Below are positions 48,032 to 55,617 of a stretch of 64,000 nt of DNA, one piece after another. Position numbers and translations under genes: made by a program. Position 1 is the stretch's first letter. Every line of letters starts with the position of its first letter. Location of the stretch: the sequence record KJ019103.1, one strand, 5' to 3'. Under the pieces are notes generated by a model. The model did not search any database. It saw only the letters and a program-made list of their open reading frames with translations, and was not told the DNA's origin.

Positions 48032-48580
48032 ATGAACTTCAAGAAACTCCTCCTTTCCACCCTCGCACTTGGTTCAGTTGTAGCCCCTTCAGCAAACGCT
48101 GGTTATACCTATGAGGGTTACCACTTGATGGATGGTTCTGACTTTCCTGGTTATGAGAGAGTGGCAACCCCAATGATTCAGGCTCTCAATGAAATGGGTG
48201 TTCCTGTTGTTGATGGTGGTAAGAATAACGTAGAAATGTGTATTCCTGAAGAGGAGAAGATGACTCTTGGTTTCTATGTTCCAGCATCCAATGTGATGGT
48301 TATCTGTACCAAGTCTATCCCAGGTTGGCTCCAGATGGAGACACTTACCCACGAAACAGTTCACGTTATCCAAGACGCACGGGCTGGTATTGATAACGGA
48401 GATTTGGGAGAGGCACCAACCGATCACCTTATCACCCTCGCTAATGAGATGGATCCCGATAAGATGAATATCATCTACAGCCTCTACGATGAGTCTGATT
48501 ACGCAGTAGAGATTGAAGCTTTCTACTTTGAAACAGAACCCCAGGTGGTTATGAATGAGATCCAACGTTGGGCATTCTGA
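48032..48580 (+). CDS. exported HExxH zinc-metallopeptidase-like protein
   Basis: signal peptide ending ANA; LTHETVHVIQD; downstream EIEA. Confidence 0.65.
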   Translation: MNFKKLLLSTLALGSVVAPSANAGYTYEGYHLMDGSDFPGYERVATPMIQALNEMGVPVVDGGKNNVEMCIPEEEKMTLGFYVPASNVMVICTKSIPGWLQMETLTHETVHVIQDARAGIDNGDLGEAPTDHLITLANEMDPDKMNIIYSLYDESDYAVEIEAFYFETEPQVVMNEIQRWAF

Positions 48581-48622
48581 TACACTAAGTAACACTCACC
48601 AAACACACTAACTAACAACATC

Positions 48623-49009
48623 ATGGGCACACGTTCACGCATCGGTTATCAACTTCCAACTGGCAATATCGTTTCTGTGTATCATCATTGGGATTCCTAT
48701 CCTACGTGGTTGGGTAAGAGACTCACCAAAAACTATATCACTGATAAAACTATCACCGAACTGATTGATGGTGGTGATATGTCATCTATCGAGAGTAATC
48801 GCGACTGGGATCTTAATGAAGTTGCCCCACATGTTCAGTATTATTCACAACGTGGTGACACTGGATGTGAACCTCTCCTTCACAAAAACCAGAGAGAGTT
48901 TATCAAAACCACTGTAGACTGTTGGGGTGAGTATTCCTACCTATACAGGAATGGACGTTGGTTCTGTTATGATGAGAAGGGTAAGTCTGTTTCACTGAAG
49001 AACTTATGA
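48623..49009 (+). CDS. conserved phage hypothetical protein
   Basis: MGTRSRIG...YHHWDSYP.WLG motif common in phages. Confidence 0.75.
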   Translation: MGTRSRIGYQLPTGNIVSVYHHWDSYPTWLGKRLTKNYITDKTITELIDGGDMSSIESNRDWDLNEVAPHVQYYSQRGDTGCEPLLHKNQREFIKTTVDCWGEYSYLYRNGRWFCYDEKGKSVSLKNL

Positions 49010-49341
49010 TTAGCAAACTGTTCTCACTATCTCTTGTTCTTGCGGGTTCTATCTTACCCGCACAGGCATACCCCAATATCGTATATTGGGAACGCATTGA
49101 TTGTAACCTCATCACCGAAACTATCCAGAAGTGTGATAGGTACAATGGGCAGAATGGAGTTTTCATCGAATCATACTATCTGGACATATACACAAACGAA
49201 CATAGCTTTATAGATCCACGAGGACCTGAAATAGTTGTACCTGATGTAATAGAAGAAGAGACACTAGATGATATCCAACCTGATGTAGAATACAACGAAC
49301 CGATAACAACAACAGACCCACTCCTGAATGATAGTTACTGA
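49006..49341 (+). CDS. exported hypothetical protein
   Basis: signal peptide ending AQA; two Cys. Confidence 0.65.
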   Translation: MISKLFSLSLVLAGSILPAQAYPNIVYWERIDCNLITETIQKCDRYNGQNGVFIESYYLDIYTNEHSFIDPRGPEIVVPDVIEEETLDDIQPDVEYNEPITTTDPLLNDSY

Positions 49342-49498
49342 TTTTTCCATATTCCTGTCGGCAACCACCTCCTACCATACCCCCTGCCAAACCGATATGG
49401 TTTTTTCACCTTTCCCGTCTAGTGGCTCACTGGTGTCTCAGCGAGGCACAAATGAGATTTCACCCCCATACCCTCAGACAGAGCAAAACTCATAACCA
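49341..49498. repeat. 158-bp non-coding element, copy B
   Basis: collinear with 39734-39891. Confidence 0.7.
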
Positions 49499-49557
49499 TG
49501 TGACAGTTGGATTAGTGGCACACGAAAGCCCGCAAACCCCTCAGGGGGTGCTATACT
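49499..49557 (+). promoter_or_regulatory. element copy 24 (CCGCA class)
   Basis: full dyad, CCCGCA-17-TATACT. Confidence 0.9.
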
Positions 49558-49579
49558 AAACCCATACACAACAAAACCA

Positions 49580-49936
49580 ATGATCTACTCTATCACTCAC
49601 CAGGAGACTGGCATTACGTATTCAGTTAGCACTGAAGATATTCGTAAAGTTGCTAACATCCTCCCAATGAACTCTGAGGAGTTGGCTGACATGATGACAG
49701 GTCTGAATTGTGACTCATATGCAGATATGGCAGAAGAGTATATTGAAGAAGTTGCGGATATGTATGATGATGTGACACTGGCAACTGATAAGTTTATGAG
49801 TAGCACTGATGAAAGAGCACAAACAACGTTCGCCTACTATCGTATCATGAACTGTGATAACTCTGATGAAGTGACTACACAATATTGGCGTGATGACGCT
49901 ATGGCTATGATCACTGACTACAATGATCGCAAATGA
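49580..49936 (+). CDS. acidic hypothetical protein
   Basis: after copy 24. Confidence 0.7.
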   Translation: MIYSITHQETGITYSVSTEDIRKVANILPMNSEELADMMTGLNCDSYADMAEEYIEEVADMYDDVTLATDKFMSSTDERAQTTFAYYRIMNCDNSDEVTTQYWRDDAMAMITDYNDRK

Positions 49937-50244
49937 AACGCTACGGACTTTATTGGCTGAGAGCTATAACCCTAGGGGCTGGTCTAAACTTTGTTTTGAC
50001 TGGTTATCTCATGGGTCACCAAAAGTGGAAGTTTCAACATGCAGCTCCACTCTCAGCGTTTATCTGTGTGAATCTATCGTATGTGGCGGATCGTCTTATC
50101 TTTGGTGATAAGAAGGAACCTGAAGATTTAGATCCAGATACTATTGTTATATCAACCCCACACTGTTGCCCCGTATGTTCAGAGTATCCTTGCACTTGTG
50201 ACAGTTGGGAAAGTGGCACAACCCCCCTAGGCAACACCCTCTGA
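49933..50244 (+). CDS. membrane protein with Cys cluster
   Basis: two TM segments; HCCPVCSEYPCTC; runs into copy 25. Confidence 0.6.
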   Translation: MKRYGLYWLRAITLGAGLNFVLTGYLMGHQKWKFQHAAPLSAFICVNLSYVADRLIFGDKKEPEDLDPDTIVISTPHCCPVCSEYPCTCDSWESGTTPLGNTL

Positions 50245-50256
50245 ACCTGCTATACT
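50197..50256 (+). promoter_or_regulatory. element copy 25
   Basis: full dyad, TAGGCA-17-TATACT. Confidence 0.92.
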
Positions 50257-50280
50257 AAACACATACCAAAGGAACCAACC

Positions 50281-50478
50281 ATGAAAGTCTCTCAGGAAGT
50301 TTTCAAGAGTTACATTCAGATACTGGATGAAAACACACAAACATCATGGGATATCCTAAATGTTTTGAATGATATTGTTAGAGGTGACTGGGATAACTCA
50401 GTCCAGTATTGTTTGGAAAATCCATCAGGCGACCCTATGGATGATTTCAACTACGCAGGCAGTCGCCACCACTATTGA
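50281..50478 (+). CDS. hypothetical protein
   Basis: after copy 25. Confidence 0.7.
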   Translation: MKVSQEVFKSYIQILDENTQTSWDILNVLNDIVRGDWDNSVQYCLENPSGDPMDDFNYAGSRHHY

Positions 50479-50507
50479 TCACTAACTCACCACACTAACT
50501 AACAACT

Positions 50508-50792
50508 ATGACACGCACTCCAATGACAGTCACCCTCAAGCGTAGCGACTGGGAATGTTATACAGACACCCCCGATACTATCATCGAAACTATCAACTCA
50601 TACTTCTCTTATGTGTTATCAACTAAAGATAACGCGTTTGATGCACAGTCTGAGATATTCAAGTTTCTGAATATGTTTAGTGAGTTTGGGTTTATGGATA
50701 GTGAGTGCCTAGAATGTGCAACTAGAGTCATCAACAGATATTTCGATTCATACCTCTCCCGCTGGAGTCAGGTGGGTGATGTGACAGTCTAG
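50508..50792 (+). CDS. hypothetical protein
   Basis: ends GDVTV in copy 26. Confidence 0.7.
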   Translation: MTRTPMTVTLKRSDWECYTDTPDTIIETINSYFSYVLSTKDNAFDAQSEIFKFLNMFSEFGFMDSECLECATRVINRYFDSYLSRWSQVGDVTV

Positions 50793-50838
50793 GAACTGGC
50801 ACACGCTTCTCCGCAAACCCCTCAGGGGGTGCTATACT
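50780..50838 (+). promoter_or_regulatory. element copy 26 (CCGCA class)
   Basis: full dyad, TCCGCA-17-TATACT. Confidence 0.92.
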
Positions 50839-50860
50839 ATATTCATACCAAAGGAACCAA

Positions 50861-51178
50861 ATGAATTTCAGAACACTAGCACTCACCACCACCCTGGCTC
50901 TCTCCACTGTCCTAGGTGGTTTGGCTCCTGAAGCTAAGTCAGCTGACTTTTGTGACAACATCCCCGGCAACTCGGGATACGTTTGTGTTACCATGGGTCT
51001 CTGGTTCGACTTGGTTGAGGCAGACATACCCGCCTTTGGTGGTAAAGAGTCATTACACATCACCTGTGACAATGGCTGGTCATATCGATCTAATGGTAAC
51101 TGGAACAAAGACGCCGCTTCCCTTGTGGCTAAGGAATACTGTGAAGGTGCTGGCTGGAACAGCCACTCCGAGGTGTGA
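50861..51178 (+). CDS. exported four-Cys protein (paralog of 47174)
   Basis: signal peptide; four Cys; stop in copy 27. Confidence 0.75.
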   Translation: MNFRTLALTTTLALSTVLGGLAPEAKSADFCDNIPGNSGYVCVTMGLWFDLVEADIPAFGGKESLHITCDNGWSYRSNGNWNKDAASLVAKEYCEGAGWNSHSEV

Positions 51179-51233
51179 CAGTCTAGGAAGTGGCACAAGC
51201 CCCCTAGGCAAGACCCCTCGGGTCTGCTATACT
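51174..51233 (+). promoter_or_regulatory. element copy 27
   Basis: full dyad, TAGGCA-17-TATACT. Confidence 0.92.
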
Positions 51234-51258
51234 ATATTCATACCAAACAAGGAAACCA

Positions 51259-51525
51259 ATGTTCCCACACCTCCACATCTCTGAATCAAACCTCGGACCT
51301 CACACCTCCACGTTTTTCAAAGTATCATCACAACCACAAGATGAGTGGCAGAATGGCATTTTCCATAACTCACCTTATGGTATCTTTCACCTTCATTCTG
51401 AGAAAGGTGTTTATAAGTTGGAACTATCTTCCTCAGGTTTGAATACACCTAAGTTCAGGAAGTGTAAGTGTGAAGATGAACTTACCGCACTCACTAAGAT
51501 TCGTCAGTGGATGGATAAGTTCTGA
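51259..51525 (+). CDS. hypothetical protein
   Basis: after copy 27, AGGA RBS. Confidence 0.75.
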   Translation: MFPHLHISESNLGPHTSTFFKVSSQPQDEWQNGIFHNSPYGIFHLHSEKGVYKLELSSSGLNTPKFRKCKCEDELTALTKIRQWMDKF

Positions 51526-51560
51526 TATTATCTAACACAAACCACTCACAACAAACTATC

Positions 51561-51734
51561 ATGAACCGACTAGAACTACTGACCCAACGTGAACAACTGA
51601 TGGAGAGGATTGACTCTATCTGTGATGAATTCTTTTATAAGAACTATAATGGAGATACATCAGAAGCAGATGAATTAGTTCGTATTCTATGTGATGCTGT
51701 TTGTGAAACCATAGACCCAGCGGGCATGGTGTGA
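51561..51734 (+). CDS. small hypothetical protein (missing from ORF track)
   Basis: MNRLELLTQREQLMERIDSIC...LVRILCDAVC; stop in copy 28. Confidence 0.7.
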   Translation: MNRLELLTQREQLMERIDSICDEFFYKNYNGDTSEADELVRILCDAVCETIDPAGMV

Positions 51735-51789
51735 CAGTTGAGGAAGTGGCACAAGCCCCCTAGGCAAACCCCTCCATACCTGCTATACT
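51730..51789 (+). promoter_or_regulatory. element copy 28
   Basis: full dyad, TAGGCA-17-TATACT. Confidence 0.92.
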
Positions 51790-51814
51790 ATATTCATACC
51801 AAAGGAAACCGACC

Positions 51815-52078
51815 ATGTTCCAAGTCTGTACCGAAGACGCTCTAGATCACCGCTACACAATTGATGAGTTTGAGACACTGGAAGAAGCCCAATCTTGTTA
51901 TAACGAGTGTGTGAAGGTTGGAGCTGAGGGTTATGAGATTTCGGTTGAGTTAGAGGAAATCATTGGCGATCATGATGATTACGTTTCCATCGAGTTCACC
52001 GAGTGGTTTACACAAGAGAGTTGGGAGGAAGCTCATCCATGGAATGAGAAGGAAGGAGTATGGGAAAACATAGACTGA
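51815..52078 (+). CDS. acidic hypothetical protein
   Basis: single-gene unit between copies 28 and 29. Confidence 0.7.
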   Translation: MFQVCTEDALDHRYTIDEFETLEEAQSCYNECVKVGAEGYEISVELEEIIGDHDDYVSIEFTEWFTQESWEEAHPWNEKEGVWENID

Positions 52079-52138
52079 TGTGACAGTTGGAGAAGTGGCA
52101 CAAGCCCCCTAGGCAAACCCCTCCATACCTGATATACC
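52079..52138 (+). promoter_or_regulatory. element copy 29 (damaged -10)
   Basis: full dyad, TAGGCA-17-TATACC, apparent 11-bp deletion. Confidence 0.85.
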
Positions 52139-52154
52139 AAACAAAGGAAACCAA

Positions 52155-52496
52155 ATGACCACCACCCAAACCAAAACCGAGTTCCTCACCGAGGCAATGA
52201 TCGAACAGGTGAACAACCTCTGGAAGGTTTATAACGTGGAGTCAGGTCACACCATCACCCCACTTCTTAAGTATGAAGTGGCTAAGAAGTACATCAAGGT
52301 CTATCGTTTAGACGTTGTGAATGGTGAGATTCGTGACGGTCGTTCAGTGTTTATGTTTATCGATAAGGAGACTGGAGCGGTATACAAGCCAGCCAGTTGG
52401 AGAGCACCCGCTAAGGGTATTCGCTTCTACATTGAGTCGTTGGCTGAGAATCCTGAGCTGGTTGATCAGTATGGTAGTTTCCTCTACCGTCGCTGA
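52155..52496 (+). CDS. conserved phage hypothetical protein
   Basis: FIDKETGAVYKPASWRAPAKGIRF motif common in phages. Confidence 0.8.
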   Translation: MTTTQTKTEFLTEAMIEQVNNLWKVYNVESGHTITPLLKYEVAKKYIKVYRLDVVNGEIRDGRSVFMFIDKETGAVYKPASWRAPAKGIRFYIESLAENPELVDQYGSFLYRR

Positions 52497-52556
52497 TGTG
52501 ACAGCCACCAAGGTGGCACAGGGGGGCTAGGCAGCTCCCCTTCTTTATGCTATACT
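52497..52556 (+). promoter_or_regulatory. element copy 30 (with terminator)
   Basis: full dyad, TAGGCA-17-TATACT. Confidence 0.92.
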
Positions 52557-52578
52557 ATATTCATACCAAAGGAACCCG

Positions 52579-53832
52579 ATGACCCTGACTCTCCGCCCCC
52601 ACCAACTAGAAGCACTTCAGGTGATGGCTGAGACCCGTCTTGGCCAGATATTAGTTCCAACTGGAGGCGGCAAGACATTGATTGCCATCATGGACGTTGT
52701 GAGGACTCTAGAGAACGCAGGAACCCCTCAGACTATCGTTGTGGTAGCTCCTAGAATATTGTTATCGCAACAGCTCTGTAGTGAGTATATGGAGGTTCTG
52801 AGCGATAGGTTCGCTAATGTTATCCCCGCTCATATCCATTCAGGTCATACACCCCACTTCTCTACCACTAACATTCAGAAGATTCATCTCTTTGAGAAGA
52901 TGATGGATACCGCCAACCTTCACCGTATATACTTCACAACATACAACTCACTTCCTAGACTCGCAGAAGCAGGTGTGAGTGTTGATACTATCTATTTTGA
53001 TGAAGCACATAACTCGACTCGTAATGACTTCTATCCCGCTACCAAGTATTTCTCACAGACCGCTAGTCGTTGTTATTTCTTTACAGCAACTCCCCGTCAC
53101 TCGGTAACATCCAAGAGACACGGAATGAACGAGTCTGATGTATATGGTCAGGTCATCTACAATGTTCCTGCCCCTACACTTGTTCAGGGTGGGTTTATCA
53201 TCCCCCCACAGGTTCGTGTTAAAGAGATGGAGTTTGTAGCTAAACATGAGCTCATCTCACAACGTGATACAAACCACCTCATCTCTTGTATTGATGACAA
53301 CCACACGAGCAAAGTTCTAGTTTGTGCTAAGTCAGTCAAACAGATCATGCGTATGTTTAGTGAGACCGATATCAGCCAACAACTTGATGATCGTGGTTTC
53401 TCCTATATGTACATCTCAGCTAAGACTGGTGGTGTTATCAATGGTAAGAAAGTATCACGCACTATGTTCTTCGATACTCTAAACCAGTGGGGTAAGGATA
53501 ACAACAAGAAGTTCATTGTTCTTCATCATTCTATTCTCTCTGAGGGTATCAACGTGAGTGGTTTAGAGTCAGCTATCTTTCTTCGTACTATGGATCATAT
53601 CACTATCTCCCAAACGATTGGAAGAGTAATAAGATTACACAAGGATGATGCTAAAGCTATGAGAGATGGTTCGATTCGCCCCGGTGATCTTAACTCCTAT
53701 ACTAAGTCCTTTGGTTTGTGTATTGTTCCAGTTTATTCTAAAACACAACAAACAGTTGCCAAGTCTCTTCAGGCAGTTGTTAATACCGTCTTTGTGGAAG
53801 GTGAAGCAGCAACCACAGTTGTGAGGCGTTAG
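52579..53832 (+). CDS. superfamily 2 (DExH) helicase
   Basis: PTGGGKT, FDEAH, TAT, LSEGINV, QTIGRVIR. Confidence 0.9.
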   Translation: MTLTLRPHQLEALQVMAETRLGQILVPTGGGKTLIAIMDVVRTLENAGTPQTIVVVAPRILLSQQLCSEYMEVLSDRFANVIPAHIHSGHTPHFSTTNIQKIHLFEKMMDTANLHRIYFTTYNSLPRLAEAGVSVDTIYFDEAHNSTRNDFYPATKYFSQTASRCYFFTATPRHSVTSKRHGMNESDVYGQVIYNVPAPTLVQGGFIIPPQVRVKEMEFVAKHELISQRDTNHLISCIDDNHTSKVLVCAKSVKQIMRMFSETDISQQLDDRGFSYMYISAKTGGVINGKKVSRTMFFDTLNQWGKDNNKKFIVLHHSILSEGINVSGLESAIFLRTMDHITISQTIGRVIRLHKDDAKAMRDGSIRPGDLNSYTKSFGLCIVPVYSKTQQTVAKSLQAVVNTVFVEGEAATTVVRR

Positions 53833-53833
53833 T

Positions 53834-53962
53834 ATGAATTATCAAAACCAAGCTCTTGTGATACTTCTAGGTCTAATGGTTATAGCTGGTATTAACGTAA
53901 TTCACTATGAACAACAATGGCAATGTAGGATGCATCAAACCTATTGTTTTGTTTCTGAATAA
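53834..53962 (+). CDS. small membrane protein (missing from ORF track)
   Basis: MNYQNQALVILLGLMVIAGINVIHYE... Confidence 0.45.
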   Translation: MNYQNQALVILLGLMVIAGINVIHYEQQWQCRMHQTYCFVSE

Positions 53963-54651
53963 TACCATAGGTAACCCTTCCAACGCGAACCCCATTTGAT
54001 AGAAGTACAAATACCCTTTCCACGATCCTCTTCATTAAAGGATCTCATCGCATCACTAATAGAGTCAAAGACGGGAGTAACATGACCAGTCTTATGAACT
54101 CCATAGACTTGTTTCTTATTCTTAGCGTGTTTATGAATCCACCATTTGTAACCATATGCCGAACCCTCTCTTGTGATACTTCTCCTGATATTTGATGGCC
54201 TACCATTCACAAACTCAGCGGCAGCAACCCAACCGTGAAAGGTTTTGATCTTACCCGTTTCCAAGCACCTACACTTGATCACGTTCTTATCATGTTTCTT
54301 AGGTTTCTTCTTTCGTTGATAACCCCAACGCCTATCCCCATTATGATATGACTCTTTATTATTCAGCTTCCTACCAGTATGTTCTAACACCAAATTGTTA
54401 TATTCAGGTTGATACTTATTCATCCAATATTCCACTCTCTCTTTAACCTTATTATCATTCACTTCTTCTAGTATGCGTATAGTGAAGTCATCGGAGTTAT
54501 AGTAACCCAACGCATTCGACAGAGGAGTATTTTCCTCCTTATGATTTTCCAATATCCCAGCCCAAACTTTATTCAGGGGAAGCGTATCATAACCGATGTA
54601 TTTGTGAGAGGTTTGTCTATTCAAGATGATGTAGATGTTTGTGATGCTCAC
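53941..54651 (-). mobile_element. free-standing GIY-YIG homing endonuclease gene
   Basis: N-terminal NIY...KYIG and conserved E (ILEE); C-terminal repeated NUMOD1/HTH-like units; only confidently called minus-strand gene in the accessory region. Confidence 0.75.
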
Positions 54652-54751
54652 GGGAAATAGTCTCTATTCTGGTTGTATATATAAACATTATCTTTTTTTA
54701 TCACATGTGTTTGTTTATCTCCCTATTGGATGTTATAATAGAAAGGAAGAG

Positions 54752-54865
54752 ATGAAGATGAATAACCAATGGAATTACCTAAGAGAAGGTAACACTAATC
54801 CCCTATACAATAACCCAATAGAAAGTGATCTAATAGAAGGTAATCATATAGAGGAAGGTGAATAG
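54752..54865 (+). CDS. possible short ORF
   Basis: TGTTATAAT upstream, AAGGAAGAG RBS; repetitive, may be non-coding. Confidence 0.3.
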   Translation: MKMNNQWNYLREGNTNPLYNNPIESDLIEGNHIEEGE

Positions 54866-55000
54866 AAAGCCCTATACAATACCCCTTATAATAGTATCAT
54901 ATAACGAGGTCTTTACAGCTCACTAAGCTCCTCCTAAACTCCACTGCCCGTTGCATATAAAGATCCATAGAAAGGTCTCTGCCCGTTGCTACCTTAGCCC

Positions 55001-55029
55001 ACCCTACCACGGGATTCCATTTTTGCCAA
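55001..55029 (-). promoter_or_regulatory. minus-strand sigma70-like promoter facing the GIY-YIG gene
   Basis: reverse complement reads TTGGCA-17-TAGGGT with extended TG. Confidence 0.5.
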
Positions 55030-55064
55030 GGGATCTCCGAAAATCTTAATATTTCCGAGACACC

Positions 55065-55124
55065 CCAGACACCCACGGAACTGGCACAAACCCCCTAGAC
55101 AAACCCCCCGAAATGGCATATACT
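55065..55124 (+). promoter_or_regulatory. element copy 31
   Basis: CCAGACAC..CTGGCACA, TAGACA-17-TATACT. Confidence 0.88.
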
Positions 55125-55150
55125 ATATTCATACACAAGGGAACCGACCC

Positions 55151-55384
55151 ATGGAATTCATCCAAACTGACTACCCCGCTAACATGGCTCCCAATGTTAT
55201 GGAGAGGAACTATGGTCGGGGTATCATCCTGACTCAGGTCAATGAGGATGGTGTCATTCCATTCTCAGTATTCAATTTCAAAAAAGAGGATTGGAACTGG
55301 GGAGCTGACTACTACATGACCGAGCATAACTTTTATACACTAGAAGAGGCAGAGGCGGTAGTGACTCAGCTCGTAGCCAGCTGA
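55151..55384 (+). CDS. hypothetical protein
   Basis: after copy 31. Confidence 0.7.
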   Translation: MEFIQTDYPANMAPNVMERNYGRGIILTQVNEDGVIPFSVFNFKKEDWNWGADYYMTEHNFYTLEEAEAVVTQLVAS

Positions 55385-55432
55385 ACCACTGTCACATGGG
55401 GGCTAGGCACAGCCCCCTCTATACCCTATACT
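55373..55432 (+). promoter_or_regulatory. element copy 32
   Basis: GTAGCCAG..CTGTCACA, TAGGCA-17-TATACT. Confidence 0.88.
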
Positions 55433-55458
55433 ATATTCATACACAAGGGAACACCCCC

Positions 55459-55617
55459 ATGACCAAAGCAACTCAGAGACCTTCCACCCAGAGCCGTTAC
55501 ACCAGTCAGGTAGCCATGGATCGTAAGGCAGCAGCACTCCAGAGGGCAGAGGAGCGTCGCCTCACGGGTTCTGCCGACGTGGATCAGGTGAACCGCCTCT
55601 ACACTGTGACACTCTGA
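55459..55617 (+). CDS. small hypothetical protein
   Basis: start corrected to MTKATQR; ends YTVTL in copy 33. Confidence 0.65.
   Translation: MTKATQRPSTQSRYTSQVAMDRKAAALQRAEERRLTGSADVDQVNRLYTVTL

Noticed and set aside
33068-55617. ORF-track starts that begin inside the element (33068, 38791, 40452, 41118, 46691, 47493, 47978, 55396)
   Set aside because: They translate promoter sequence; the downstream ATG after the leader was used instead.
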